From an uncultured Candidatus Saccharibacteria bacterium (lineage in GTDB: Bacteria > Patescibacteriota > Minisyncoccia > Phycocordibacterales > UBA9973), in assembly GCA_964440545.1 (NCBI GenBank), contig CAYTSO010000001.1, positions 63,827 through 127,826 on the forward strand: a DNA stretch of 64,000 nt. The letters run 5' to 3'. Below are positions 45,537-55,394 of the stretch, one piece after another (the first letter of the stretch is position 1; the number at the start of each line of letters is the position of its first letter). A program made the position numbers and the translations under genes. The notes beneath the pieces are model-generated. The model was given only the letters and a program-made list of their open reading frames with translations, was not told where the DNA came from and searched no databases.

Positions 45537-48500
45537 ATGGCTGAAAAGGAAAATCAAAGTACAAAATCAGAAACAGCGCTACGCGAAGAGCGAGTTTTGG
45601 AATTTTGGAAAGAAAATAAAATTTTTGAGAAATCGCTAGAACAATCAGAAGGGAAAAAAGAATTTATTTTTTACGAAGGCCCGCCGACGGCGAATGGCAA
45701 GCCGGGCATTCATCATTTAGAAGCACGGGCATTTAAAGACGTAATTCCAAGGTACAAAACAATGCGAGGGTATCACGTGCGTCGAAAAGGCGGATGGGAT
45801 ACGCATGGTTTGCCCGTAGAACTTCAGGTAGAGAAAAAATTAGGACTAAATTCTAAAAAAGGAATTGAAGAATACGGTATAGCAAAATTCAATCAAGAAT
45901 GTAAAGAAAGCGTATGGGAATATTTGGAAATTTGGAATAAATTTACCAAACGTATCGGGTATTGGGTGGATCAAGAGAATCCATACGTCACTTATCATAA
46001 TGAATATATTGAGTCCGTTTGGAACATTGTTAAAAAAATAAACGAGCAGAATTTACTTTATAAAGACTATAAAGTTGTGCCCTGGTGCCCGCGTTGTGGC
46101 ACGGCGCTTTCTTCGCATGAATTAGCTCAAGGTTATGAGGATGTGAAGGATTTATCCGTGACGGTAAAGTTTAAAATCAAAGGTCAAGACAACACCTATA
46201 TTCTTGCCTGGACAACGACACCGTGGACACTGCCTGGAAATGTAGCTCTGGCGGTCGGGGAAAAAATCGATTATATAAAAATAAAATGGCAGAATGAATT
46301 CTTGATTTTAGCAAAAGAACGACTTCCTTATATTGTTACCGAGGGCGCATATGAGGTTGTCGAAAATTTAAAAGGGAGCGATTTAGTTAATTCTGAATAT
46401 GAACCGCTCTATCCATTTCTCACAAATATTATTTATGAGAATGAAAAACCAAAACTAGAAAAAGCATATAAAGTTTATCCTGCAGATTTTGTTACGACCG
46501 AAGATGGCACCGGGGTTGTTCATACGGCGGTAATGTATGGGCAAGACGACTTTGCTTTGGGAAATGAAATTGGTCTGCCAAAACAACACCTGGTCGGGCT
46601 AGATGGCAAGTTCCTGTCTGGCACCGGGATTTTTGAAGGCAGATTTGTGCGAGACGAAGACGTGGCCGTTGATGTAATCAGGGATTTGGCGCAACGCGGG
46701 TTTCTGCTTAAAAAAGAAAAATATGAGCACTCGTATCCGCACTGTTGGCGATGTCATACGGCGCTTATTTATTACGCTCGAGATTCCTGGTATATCAGAG
46801 TTACAGACCCGAAAATAAAAGAAAGAATGATTACCGAAAATAAGGAAATAAAATGGGAACCAGCGCATCTTCGCGAGGGACGCTTCGGGGAATGGTTGCG
46901 AGAAATAAAAGACTGGGCAATTTCCCGCGAGCGCTACTGGGGAACGCCGCTTCCGGTTTGGCATTGTGAAAAATGTAAAAAAATTGAAGTTATTGGAAGT
47001 TTAAAGGATTTAGAAAAAAAAGCTGTTAAAAATAAAAATAAATATTTTATTGTTCGCCACGGGGAGGCAGAGAATAATACTAAATTTATTGTTGACTCCG
47101 GAGAGAGGGAATTTCATTTAACAGAAGCTGGTCGTGAAAAAATAGCATCCGTTGCTGAAAATTTAAAAAGCCAGAATATTGATGTAATTATTTCTTCAGA
47201 CATACTCAGAACGAAAGAAACAGCTGAGTTAATTTCAAAACCTCTTGGTCTCGAGGCAAAGTTAGATTCTAGATTAAGAGAACTTCATTTTGGGGTTTTT
47301 GCAGGCAAAACAGACAAGGAGTGGAGAGAATTTTCTAAAGACTATTCTGCTATTTGGGATAAAAAACATGCCGACACTGAAACCTTAAGAGAAATGCGTA
47401 ATCGACTATGGGGTTTTGTTGAAGAATTAGAAAAAACATACAAAAATAAAAATATTCTTTTAATAACACACGAATATGGCGCGTGGTTTTTGAAGGCAGC
47501 CCTAGAGGGGTGGAATAAAGAAAAAATAATCAGAGAAAAAATAGCTAGCGGCCAAGATTTTGTAGGACGGGGAGAAATATTTTCAGGATATTTTAAAAAT
47601 GTTCCAAGAAATTCTGAAGGAGAGATCGATCTGCACCGCCCTTATATTGATGACTTGCCACTTGTTTGTGGGTGTGGAGGAAAACTAAATCGAGTTAAGG
47701 AAGTGATGGATGTATGGTTTGATTCTGGCGCCATGCCTTTTGCCCAGGACCACTATCCATTTGAAAATAAAGATTGGGTGGACGGCGAAGGTTATCCAGC
47801 AGATTTTATTTCTGAGGCGATAGACCAAACTCGTGGATGGTTTTATACTTTACATGCTGTAGGAGCTTTAATGGGGCGAGGCAAGGCCTACAAAAACGTG
47901 ATTTGTCTTGGGCATCTTCTTGATGCAAAAGGAAAGAAAATGTCTAAGTCTATTGGAAATGTTGTAGATCCATGGGAAGCAATGGACAAATATGGAGTAG
48001 ATACTCTAAGGCTTTGGATGTATTCGGTAAACCAACCAGGAGAATCAAAAAACTTTGACGAAAGAACTGTTTCCTTGCTCCAGCAACAAGTTTTTGGATT
48101 GCTGTATAATGTTTTTGCGTTTTATGAACTTTATCGAGATAAAGAATTAGAAAAAGATGATAGACCTAAATCAAACAATATTTTGGATATTTGGATTTTG
48201 GCGCGACTAGACGAGTTGATAAATCTCACAACAAAAAGTCTTGATAATTATAAGTTGCTTGAACCGACGAGAGCACTTCGCGATTTTATTGGAGATCTTT
48301 CCACTTGGTATTTGCGTCGTTCTAGAGAAAGAATTAAGGAGGGAGATAGTAAGGCGAAGCGAACGCTATATTTTATATTGAAAACTCTTGCGAAATTGAT
48401 GGCTCCATTTGCACCGCTGGCTGCAGAAGATGTTTGGTTAAAACTCAAAAACGAGAAAGATGAGGAAAGCGTACATTTAGCAGAATGGCCAACCCAACCA

Positions 48501-49037
48501 TTCAAACTTTTTCTTTTTGGTAAGTCAAAGGTTATAGAAAAAATGGAAACAGCAAGAAAAATTGTTACCCTTGGACTTGAGGCGAGGCAAAAGGCTGGAA
48601 TCAAAGTTCGTCAGCCACTTGCTAAATTGGAAGTTAAAAATTTGGACCTAGAAAATGATTTTATTGATTTGATAAAAGATGAAATCAACGTGAAAGAGGT
48701 TGCAGAGAACAAGAATGTCGAAACAGAAGTAGCTCTCGATATAAATATTACCGAAGAACTAAAACAAGAAGGGGACTATCGCGAGCTTGCTCGTGCGTTG
48801 CAAGAAATGCGCAAAAAAATGGGATTAACCCCAAGCGATGTTGTTACGCTCACTTTCGAAACAGACGAGGTGGGTAAAAAATTAATTCAAAAATTTGAAT
48901 CTGAAATGAAAAAAACGGTTCTTGCCTCTAAAATTAAATTTTCCGCCCGAGGCGGATCCGCCTTTGACGGAAAAAATACCGAGGGTGAGGAAATCAAAAT
49001 AAACGAACTAATATTTAAGGTGAAAATCGATAAATAA
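45537..49037 (+). CDS. ileS: Isoleucyl-tRNA synthetase with an in-frame insertion of a histidine-phosphatase (PGAM-like) domain
   Basis: GWDTHGLPVE, WCPRCGTALS, KMSKSIGNVVDP, anticodon-binding C-term; insertion (protein 498-672, nt about 47028-47552) contains FIVRHGEAENN ... LTEAGREKIASVAENL...IISSDILRTKETAELI ... LLITHEYG (RHG and second-His motifs). Confidence 0.85.
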   Translation: MAEKENQSTKSETALREERVLEFWKENKIFEKSLEQSEGKKEFIFYEGPPTANGKPGIHHLEARAFKDVIPRYKTMRGYHVRRKGGWDTHGLPVELQVEKKLGLNSKKGIEEYGIAKFNQECKESVWEYLEIWNKFTKRIGYWVDQENPYVTYHNEYIESVWNIVKKINEQNLLYKDYKVVPWCPRCGTALSSHELAQGYEDVKDLSVTVKFKIKGQDNTYILAWTTTPWTLPGNVALAVGEKIDYIKIKWQNEFLILAKERLPYIVTEGAYEVVENLKGSDLVNSEYEPLYPFLTNIIYENEKPKLEKAYKVYPADFVTTEDGTGVVHTAVMYGQDDFALGNEIGLPKQHLVGLDGKFLSGTGIFEGRFVRDEDVAVDVIRDLAQRGFLLKKEKYEHSYPHCWRCHTALIYYARDSWYIRVTDPKIKERMITENKEIKWEPAHLREGRFGEWLREIKDWAISRERYWGTPLPVWHCEKCKKIEVIGSLKDLEKKAVKNKNKYFIVRHGEAENNTKFIVDSGEREFHLTEAGREKIASVAENLKSQNIDVIISSDILRTKETAELISKPLGLEAKLDSRLRELHFGVFAGKTDKEWREFSKDYSAIWDKKHADTETLREMRNRLWGFVEELEKTYKNKNILLITHEYGAWFLKAALEGWNKEKIIREKIASGQDFVGRGEIFSGYFKNVPRNSEGEIDLHRPYIDDLPLVCGCGGKLNRVKEVMDVWFDSGAMPFAQDHYPFENKDWVDGEGYPADFISEAIDQTRGWFYTLHAVGALMGRGKAYKNVICLGHLLDAKGKKMSKSIGNVVDPWEAMDKYGVDTLRLWMYSVNQPGESKNFDERTVSLLQQQVFGLLYNVFAFYELYRDKELEKDDRPKSNNILDIWILARLDELINLTTKSLDNYKLLEPTRALRDFIGDLSTWYLRRSRERIKEGDSKAKRTLYFILKTLAKLMAPFAPLAAEDVWLKLKNEKDEESVHLAEWPTQPFKLFLFGKSKVIEKMETARKIVTLGLEARQKAGIKVRQPLAKLEVKNLDLENDFIDLIKDEINVKEVAENKNVETEVALDINITEELKQEGDYRELARALQEMRKKMGLTPSDVVTLTFETDEVGKKLIQKFESEMKKTVLASKIKFSARGGSAFDGKNTEGEEIKINELIFKVKIDK

Positions 49038-49040
49038 AAA

Positions 49041-49622
49041 GTGCACCACATCTATCACACAGAGGGAATAATTCTAGGAAGCAAAAATTTTGGGGAAACC
49101 GAAAGATATTATTCGATTTTTACTCGGGATTTGGGGATGGTCTATGCTTCTGCCCAAGGGGTTCGCAAAATGTCCTCCAAGTTACGTTTTGTTTTGCAGG
49201 ATTTCGCTTATGTAAAAATTGACTTAGTACAAGGTAGAGATTTCTGGCGAGTAACCAGTGCGGGAAAAACCGGCAAGCTAGAAAACCTATGTAAAAAACC
49301 TGAAACCTTTGAAATTATTTCCAATATCGCCAGTCTCTTAAAAAGATTACTGGCCGGGATTGAAAAAAATGAAATACTTTTTAATGACTTAGTAAACGGA
49401 CTGTCAGTTTTGGAAAAAGCAGAAAAAAAAGAAAACCTGTCTAATATTGAAGCAGTTGTCGTTTTACGCATTCTTGATAATTTGGGGTATATCGGTAGCA
49501 ACGAGACAGTACAAAATCTTATTAAGTCCCCGTTTGAAGAGAATTTAATATTTGAGACAGCCAAATCAAGATTGCAAGTTTTGCGCCAAATAAACAAAGC
49601 CTTAAAAGAAACACATTTATAA
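49041..49622 (+). CDS. recO: DNA repair protein RecO (compact)
   Basis: N-terminal OB-fold pattern GIILGSKNFGETERYYSIFTRDLGMVYASAQGVRK. Confidence 0.7.
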   Translation: MHHIYHTEGIILGSKNFGETERYYSIFTRDLGMVYASAQGVRKMSSKLRFVLQDFAYVKIDLVQGRDFWRVTSAGKTGKLENLCKKPETFEIISNIASLLKRLLAGIEKNEILFNDLVNGLSVLEKAEKKENLSNIEAVVVLRILDNLGYIGSNETVQNLIKSPFEENLIFETAKSRLQVLRQINKALKETHL

Positions 49623-49662
49623 AGCCATATTTTCCTATAAATTTTATAAATTTCGTCCGAGG

Positions 49663-49677
49663 TGGTATAATTCACTC
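49663..49677 (+). promoter_or_regulatory. Extended -10 promoter (TGgTATAAT) 6 nt upstream of ATG 49678; leaderless-type
   Basis: ggTGgTATAATtcactcATG. Confidence 0.5.
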
Positions 49678-51612
49678 ATGTCAGATGATAATGGAAATAA
49701 AATTAACAGGCTTGAGGAGCTCAAAAGCAAGCTTTTTAGAAAAAATTATCAAACCAAAATAGAACATCGAGATGTTTATTCACATCCTCACAAAAAAGAG
49801 GCGATAGATTCCTGGGAAGAAAACGAAAAAAGGGGGAATGATATTAATGAGGAATTTTTTATGAAAACTTCAGTATTTAAAAAATTTTTTATTTTTTCAA
49901 TTGTTTTTTTTACTCTAACTTTAATTTATGGTGTTTATACTTTTTTTGCTGGAGGCCATACCGTCTCTAACGACAATATAGAAATCTCTGTTTTGGGAAA
50001 TAATTTTACGGCCGGGGGAGAAGAACTTCCTCTTGTCATTGGGGTTACCAACAAGAACACTGCTCCTTTAGAATTGGTGGATCTTGTCGTTGAATACCCC
50101 AAGGGTGGATCTGTGGATTCAGCTTCTGATGTCGAGCGCCTCCGTGTTTCCCTGGGGACAATCGATTCTGGAGAAGTTCACAATGAAAACATGAAAGTGG
50201 TATTATTTGGCGAGCAGGGAAGCACTCGCTCCATAAAAATTTCTATTGAGTATCGTGTTTCAGGTTCCAACGCTATTTTTGTAAAAGAAAAGCTTTTTGA
50301 GGTTAACATAAGCTCAACTCCAATAAATCTTTCTGTTGATGCTCCTCTCACCGTTACCCCAAATCAAGACATTGTTCTTAATATAAAAGAAACACTCAAT
50401 GCCACCGAGGGAACCAAGGGTGTGCTTCTTGCGGTTGATTATCCGGTTGGTTTTTCTTTTATTAAAGCGGTTCCAGCTCCCTCTTATGGCAACAACGTGT
50501 GGAGTTTGGGTGATTTAGCCCCCGGTGTGGAACATAGTGTTGTGATTTCTGGAAAAATGATTGATGTTTTTGATGGGGAAGAAAAAACTTTTAACATCTC
50601 AACTGGTTCGCAGTCTGACAAGGACAAGTCTTTGATTGGGGTTGTTTTTAATTCCATAAAAAATACCATAATGATAAAAAAACCATTTGTTGAAGCAAAT
50701 CTTTTTATCAATGGGGTATCTCAAAGAGAGTACGCCATAGATACTAAAACATCTGCGGCCATTGAAATTCGTTATTTAAATAATTTAGAAACTAAAATTA
50801 ACGATTTGCAAATAGAAGCAAAAATTTCTGGAAATGCTTTTGATCGCAAAACGATAAAGGCTCAACGGGGTTTTTACGATTCATCTACCGACATAATAAC
50901 TTGGAACCAAAATTCCGAAGACAAATTAAAGGAAGTGAATCCGGGAGAATCAGGGGCCGTTTCATTTTCTCTTCTCCCCCTTCCTTTATTTAGCGCTGAA
51001 AGTGAAATAATCTCTGATCCTGTTATTAATATAGAAATAGATATTTCTGGAAAACAAGCATCTGGAGGCTTTGCGATTAATCAGATAGAAAATTCTTCTT
51101 CAGCAATTATTCGGGTAATTTCCGACCTAAATCTTGCCACCAAAGCTCTTTACTATTCCGGACCCTTTTCTAACACCGGTCCAATTCCACCGATAGCAGA
51201 TCAGGAAACGACTTATACAGTTGTTTGGACACTTTCCAATACTTCCAACAGCATTTCCAGCGTGCAAGTAAATTCCGTGCTTCCTCCCTGGACAACCTTT
51301 TTGGGAAAAATCTCTCCTGCCAGCGAGAATTTAAATTACAATTCCTCCACCAGGGGTCTTTCTTGGAAAATAGACAGAGTTTCCAGAGGGACAGGTATTA
51401 CCGGAGAATCACGAAGCGTTTCCTTTCAGGTTTCGTCTAAGTTTTCAATTTCTCAAGTCGGAACCACCCCAATTATTATAAATGATGCAGTTTTGACTGG
51501 CCATGATGATTTTGCTAATGTGGATGTGAAAGCAAGCAGAGCAGGATTGAATACAAGATTAAATAGCGATCCGGTTTTCCCGGTTAATGGGGCCGAAGTT
51601 GTGGCTGAATAA
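49678..51612 (+). CDS. Hypothetical type-II membrane protein with large beta-rich extracytoplasmic domain (644 aa)
   Basis: Cytoplasmic N-term about 70 aa, TM IFSIVFFTLTLIYGVYTFFAG, then about 550 aa Ser/Thr/Val-rich domain. Confidence 0.45.
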   Translation: MSDDNGNKINRLEELKSKLFRKNYQTKIEHRDVYSHPHKKEAIDSWEENEKRGNDINEEFFMKTSVFKKFFIFSIVFFTLTLIYGVYTFFAGGHTVSNDNIEISVLGNNFTAGGEELPLVIGVTNKNTAPLELVDLVVEYPKGGSVDSASDVERLRVSLGTIDSGEVHNENMKVVLFGEQGSTRSIKISIEYRVSGSNAIFVKEKLFEVNISSTPINLSVDAPLTVTPNQDIVLNIKETLNATEGTKGVLLAVDYPVGFSFIKAVPAPSYGNNVWSLGDLAPGVEHSVVISGKMIDVFDGEEKTFNISTGSQSDKDKSLIGVVFNSIKNTIMIKKPFVEANLFINGVSQREYAIDTKTSAAIEIRYLNNLETKINDLQIEAKISGNAFDRKTIKAQRGFYDSSTDIITWNQNSEDKLKEVNPGESGAVSFSLLPLPLFSAESEIISDPVINIEIDISGKQASGGFAINQIENSSSAIIRVISDLNLATKALYYSGPFSNTGPIPPIADQETTYTVVWTLSNTSNSISSVQVNSVLPPWTTFLGKISPASENLNYNSSTRGLSWKIDRVSRGTGITGESRSVSFQVSSKFSISQVGTTPIIINDAVLTGHDDFANVDVKASRAGLNTRLNSDPVFPVNGAEVVAE

Positions 51613-51613
51613 C

Positions 51614-53014
51614 ATGTCTGAAAAAAATAAAAAAGAGAATAATGATTTAATGGAAAAAATTGTTTCCCTTTGCAAAAGGCGTGGGTTTGTATATCCGAGT
51701 TCAGAAATTTATGGCGGGTTTGCTGGAGTTTATGATTTTGGTCCAACGGGGGTTGAATTAGAAAATAATTTGAAAGCACATTGGTGGAAATGGATGGTGC
51801 ACAAAAGGCAGGATATCGTCGGACTTGATTCAGGTATTTTTATGAATCCAAAAATTTGGGAAGCCTCTGGTCACACGAAGGGTTTTTCGGATCCAATGGC
51901 GGAATGCAAAGAGTGTAATGTGCGCATTCGAGTAGACAAAGTTTTAGATGAGATAGGAATTACTGCGGATGAAAAAATGTCTGAAGAGGAGATAAATAAA
52001 CTTTTTGATGAGCATAAAGAAGAAATTAAGTGCCCGAATTGTAAAAAACAGAATTTTACAAAAGTTAGAAAATTTAATTTGTTGGTGAAGTCCAACCTTG
52101 GTGACTTTACCGAATCAAACTCTTCCCCGTCGTATTTGAGAGGGGAAACCTGTCAGGGGATTTATGTAAATTTTAAAAATGTTCTAGACTCACAACACAT
52201 GAAATTGCCTTTTGGTATTGCTCAAATAGGTAAGGCTTTCAGAAATGAAATTTCTCCAAGACAATTTCTTTTTCGAGTTCGTGAGTTTGAACAAATGGAG
52301 ATGCAGTATTTTACAAAACCGCACGAGGAAATGAATGAATATGAAAAGCTAAAAGGTTACAGATGGAAGGCCCTTTTAGATTTAGGAATTAAACCGGAAA
52401 ACCTGAAGTGGAAAAAACACGAAAACCTAGTTTTTTATGCTAAGGAAGCTTATGACATAGAATATAATTTTCCATGGGGATTTGATGAGCTGGAAGGAAT
52501 TCATGCAAGGGGAAGTTATGATTTAACCCAGCACTCAGAAGGTTCCGGGAAAGAATTAGTTTATCAAGAGGGGGAAACTAATGAGACGTTTATTCCACAC
52601 ATAGTGGAATCATCTGGAGGCGTAAGCAGGTTGGTTTTCGCAATTCTTTGTGATGCTTATACCGAAGATGAGATGGGCGGCGAAACTCGAGTTTATTTAA
52701 AATTAAAACCAAGTCTTGCGCCGATCAAAGCAGCAGTTTTTCCATTATTGAAAAATAAGCCCGAACTTGTAAAAAAGGCCAGAGAAGTTTTCGAAATGTT
52801 AAACGAAGAAATATATCCAATGATTTTTGACGACAATGGCAACATCGGCAAACGCTATCGCAGACAAGACGAAATTGGCACGCCGTTTTGTATCGTGATT
52901 GATTTTGATACGCTTTCGAATGACACAGTGACAGTTCGCGATAGAGATACGGGCGAACAAGAGAGGGTAAAAGTTTCAGATTTAAAAAATTACATCAAAG
53001 AAAGAATAAAATAA
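51614..53014 (+). CDS. glyQS: Glycyl-tRNA synthetase (alpha2 dimeric type)
   Basis: RRGFVYPSSEIYGGFAGVYDFGPTGVELENNL; class II motifs; start ATG 51614 follows upstream stop. Confidence 0.9.
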   Translation: MSEKNKKENNDLMEKIVSLCKRRGFVYPSSEIYGGFAGVYDFGPTGVELENNLKAHWWKWMVHKRQDIVGLDSGIFMNPKIWEASGHTKGFSDPMAECKECNVRIRVDKVLDEIGITADEKMSEEEINKLFDEHKEEIKCPNCKKQNFTKVRKFNLLVKSNLGDFTESNSSPSYLRGETCQGIYVNFKNVLDSQHMKLPFGIAQIGKAFRNEISPRQFLFRVREFEQMEMQYFTKPHEEMNEYEKLKGYRWKALLDLGIKPENLKWKKHENLVFYAKEAYDIEYNFPWGFDELEGIHARGSYDLTQHSEGSGKELVYQEGETNETFIPHIVESSGGVSRLVFAILCDAYTEDEMGGETRVYLKLKPSLAPIKAAVFPLLKNKPELVKKAREVFEMLNEEIYPMIFDDNGNIGKRYRRQDEIGTPFCIVIDFDTLSNDTVTVRDRDTGEQERVKVSDLKNYIKERIK

Positions 53015-54282
53015 TGCGATTTTCTAAAAAAATTTTAAAGAATGGCTTACGGGTGATTACCGTGCCGATGAAAGATAACCCTACCGTAACCGTGCTGGTG
53101 CTGGTGGAGGCTGGGTCTAAATATGAGGAAAAAAAAGTGAATGGAATTTCGCACTTTTTGGAGCATATGTGTTTTAAGGGAACGGTGAAAAGGCCCAAGG
53201 CAATAGATATTTCAAAAGAACTGGATGCGCTTGGTTCTCAGTATAATGCTATTACCGCTCAAGAATATACAGGATATTATGCAAAATCTGACGCAAAACA
53301 TTTTCGAAAAATTTTTAATATAATTTCCGATATTTATTTAAATTCAACCTTCCCGGAAGCCGAAATAGAAAAGGAAAAAGGAGTAATTATCGAAGAGATT
53401 AATATGTATGAAGATTTGCCGAATCAACACGTGCAGGATTTAATAATGAAGCTTCTATATGGTGATCAGCCAGCAGGCTGGAATATCGCTGGCGAAAAGA
53501 AAAATATTTTAAGAATGAAACGCGAAGATTTTTTAAACTATAAGAAACAACATTACTTGCCAGAGTCAACTATTCTTGTAGTGGCCGGGTTTGTAACAGA
53601 AAAGGAAGTTATGGAAGAAGCAAAAAGAGTTTTTGGAAAATTGTCACGAGGTAGTAAAAAGAATAAGGCAAAGGTAAGGGAGGACCAAAAAAAGCCAGCA
53701 GTACTTTTGAAATTCAAAAAAACGGACCAAACACACTTTGTCTTGGGAGTTCGTACCTATGGTTTACTTGATAAAAAAAATGCTGTGCTTACAGTCTTGG
53801 GCGGGGTGCTTGGCGGGGGAATGAGTTCTAGACTTTTTCAAAAGCTTCGTGAAGAAATGGGGGTCGGCTATTATGTTCGTGCTTACAACGACGCCTATAC
53901 TGACCATGGCTTCTTTCAAGTTTCAGCGGGAGTAGACAATAAGAGAATAGAAGAAGTGATTAAAGCTGTTTTAGATGAATGTAACAAGTTAAAAACTCAT
54001 AGAATTTCTGAGGAGGAGCTATCTAAAGTAAAAGAATATCTAATAGGCAACATGAAGCTTTCCTTGGAATCAAGCGACGATATCGCAAATTTCCATGGTG
54101 GACAAGAATTGTTGAAGCGCGAGATAAAAAGTGCACAAGAAAGAGCCCTAGAGGTACGCAAGGTTACAGCAGGAGAAATACAAAAACTAGCTAAGGATAT
54201 TTTTAAAAACGGCAAACTCAATTTAGCCCTTATTGGTCCATTTAAAGATAAAAACAAGTTTCTGAAAATTCTTAAATTTTAG
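53014..54282 (+). CDS. M16-family (insulinase-like) zinc peptidase
   Basis: Inverted zinc motif HFLEHMCFKGT ... E. Confidence 0.85.
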   Translation: MRFSKKILKNGLRVITVPMKDNPTVTVLVLVEAGSKYEEKKVNGISHFLEHMCFKGTVKRPKAIDISKELDALGSQYNAITAQEYTGYYAKSDAKHFRKIFNIISDIYLNSTFPEAEIEKEKGVIIEEINMYEDLPNQHVQDLIMKLLYGDQPAGWNIAGEKKNILRMKREDFLNYKKQHYLPESTILVVAGFVTEKEVMEEAKRVFGKLSRGSKKNKAKVREDQKKPAVLLKFKKTDQTHFVLGVRTYGLLDKKNAVLTVLGGVLGGGMSSRLFQKLREEMGVGYYVRAYNDAYTDHGFFQVSAGVDNKRIEEVIKAVLDECNKLKTHRISEEELSKVKEYLIGNMKLSLESSDDIANFHGGQELLKREIKSAQERALEVRKVTAGEIQKLAKDIFKNGKLNLALIGPFKDKNKFLKILKF

Positions 54283-54320
54283 CTTTTCTAATTTAAGATT
54301 TTTTATGCTATCATATCTCC

Positions 54321-55394
54321 ATGGCTGAGGACAAAGATATTAGTAGTGTCTCTATTTCTACCGGCACCATGGTTCGGGCAATTTTAGTTGTCTTGTTCAT
54401 TATTGTAGCCTGGATTTTGCGAGATTTATTACTAGTGATTTTTACTGCTATTGTGGTGGCTTCCTTCATTGATTTATCAATTCCCCGTTTGCAGAAACTC
54501 GGAATTAATAGAATTTTTGGTATTGTTATTTTTTATGTTTTTTCGCTTTCAATTTTGTCCGGGATGTTTTATCTTTTTGCCCCTTTGCTTATAACTGAAA
54601 TTTATAATTTCTCTACTTTCCTTGCTTCTTATGTACCCAATGCGCCTTTTTTAAATTATTTCCAAAACGAGGCCTTTTCTGGCGCCAAGGAAGTGGTAGG
54701 CACCCTAACTGGCGACCTTTCTATTTCCTCGCTTTTGTCTATTTCCAAGAGTTTTGTTGCTAACCTTTCCGGGGGATTCATTCAGGTTGCCTCTGTTGCC
54801 TTTGGTGGAATTTTCAATTTTATTTTGATAATTATTTTGTCTTTTTATTTTTCCATTCAAGAAAAGGGCATAGAAAACTTTTTGAAGATTATTGTCCCGC
54901 TTAAATATGACGATTATATTGCAGACTTATGGTCCCGCTCAAGCTACAAAATAGGACTTTGGGTAAGGGGACAAATGCTGGTGGCACTAGTAGTTGCTGT
55001 ATTAATTTATCTTCTACTTTCTCTTTTAGGAATACAATATGCGCTTCTTTTGGCTATTATCGCCGGAATAACTGAAATGATTCCCTATGGTATTTGGGTG
55101 GCCCTTATTCCGGCCTTTGCCTTTTCTTATGTTTCAGAAGGAATGGCCAGTGCTTTTATGGTGGCAGGATCCTACATTATCATGCACCAATTTGAGGTTT
55201 TTCTATTTACTCCGCTCATTATAAAAAAAGTTGTGGGACTTTCTCCCGTTGTTATTATCCTTTCCATTTTAATTGGTTTTGAGCTGGCTAGTTTTTGGGG
55301 AGCAATTTTGGCTATTCCAGTGGCGGTTATCGTTATGGAATTTATTAATGATTTAGAAAAAAATAAAACCTTAGCGCACGCGAAACATGGGTAA
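54321..55394 (+). CDS. AI-2E family (PerM/YhhT-like) transporter
   Basis: 357 aa, about 8 TM, typical AI-2E hydropathy and size. Confidence 0.6.
   Translation: MAEDKDISSVSISTGTMVRAILVVLFIIVAWILRDLLLVIFTAIVVASFIDLSIPRLQKLGINRIFGIVIFYVFSLSILSGMFYLFAPLLITEIYNFSTFLASYVPNAPFLNYFQNEAFSGAKEVVGTLTGDLSISSLLSISKSFVANLSGGFIQVASVAFGGIFNFILIIILSFYFSIQEKGIENFLKIIVPLKYDDYIADLWSRSSYKIGLWVRGQMLVALVVAVLIYLLLSLLGIQYALLLAIIAGITEMIPYGIWVALIPAFAFSYVSEGMASAFMVAGSYIIMHQFEVFLFTPLIIKKVVGLSPVVIILSILIGFELASFWGAILAIPVAVIVMEFINDLEKNKTLAHAKHG

Noticed and set aside
47028-47552. Possibility that the IleRS insertion is an intein or a frameshift fusion
   Set aside because: No intein splice-junction residues (Cys/Ser...HN); reading frame is continuous through both junctions in the provided ORF; histidine-phosphatase motifs are clear. 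Mis-assembly cannot be excluded from sequence alone, so it is reported as a finding with that caveat
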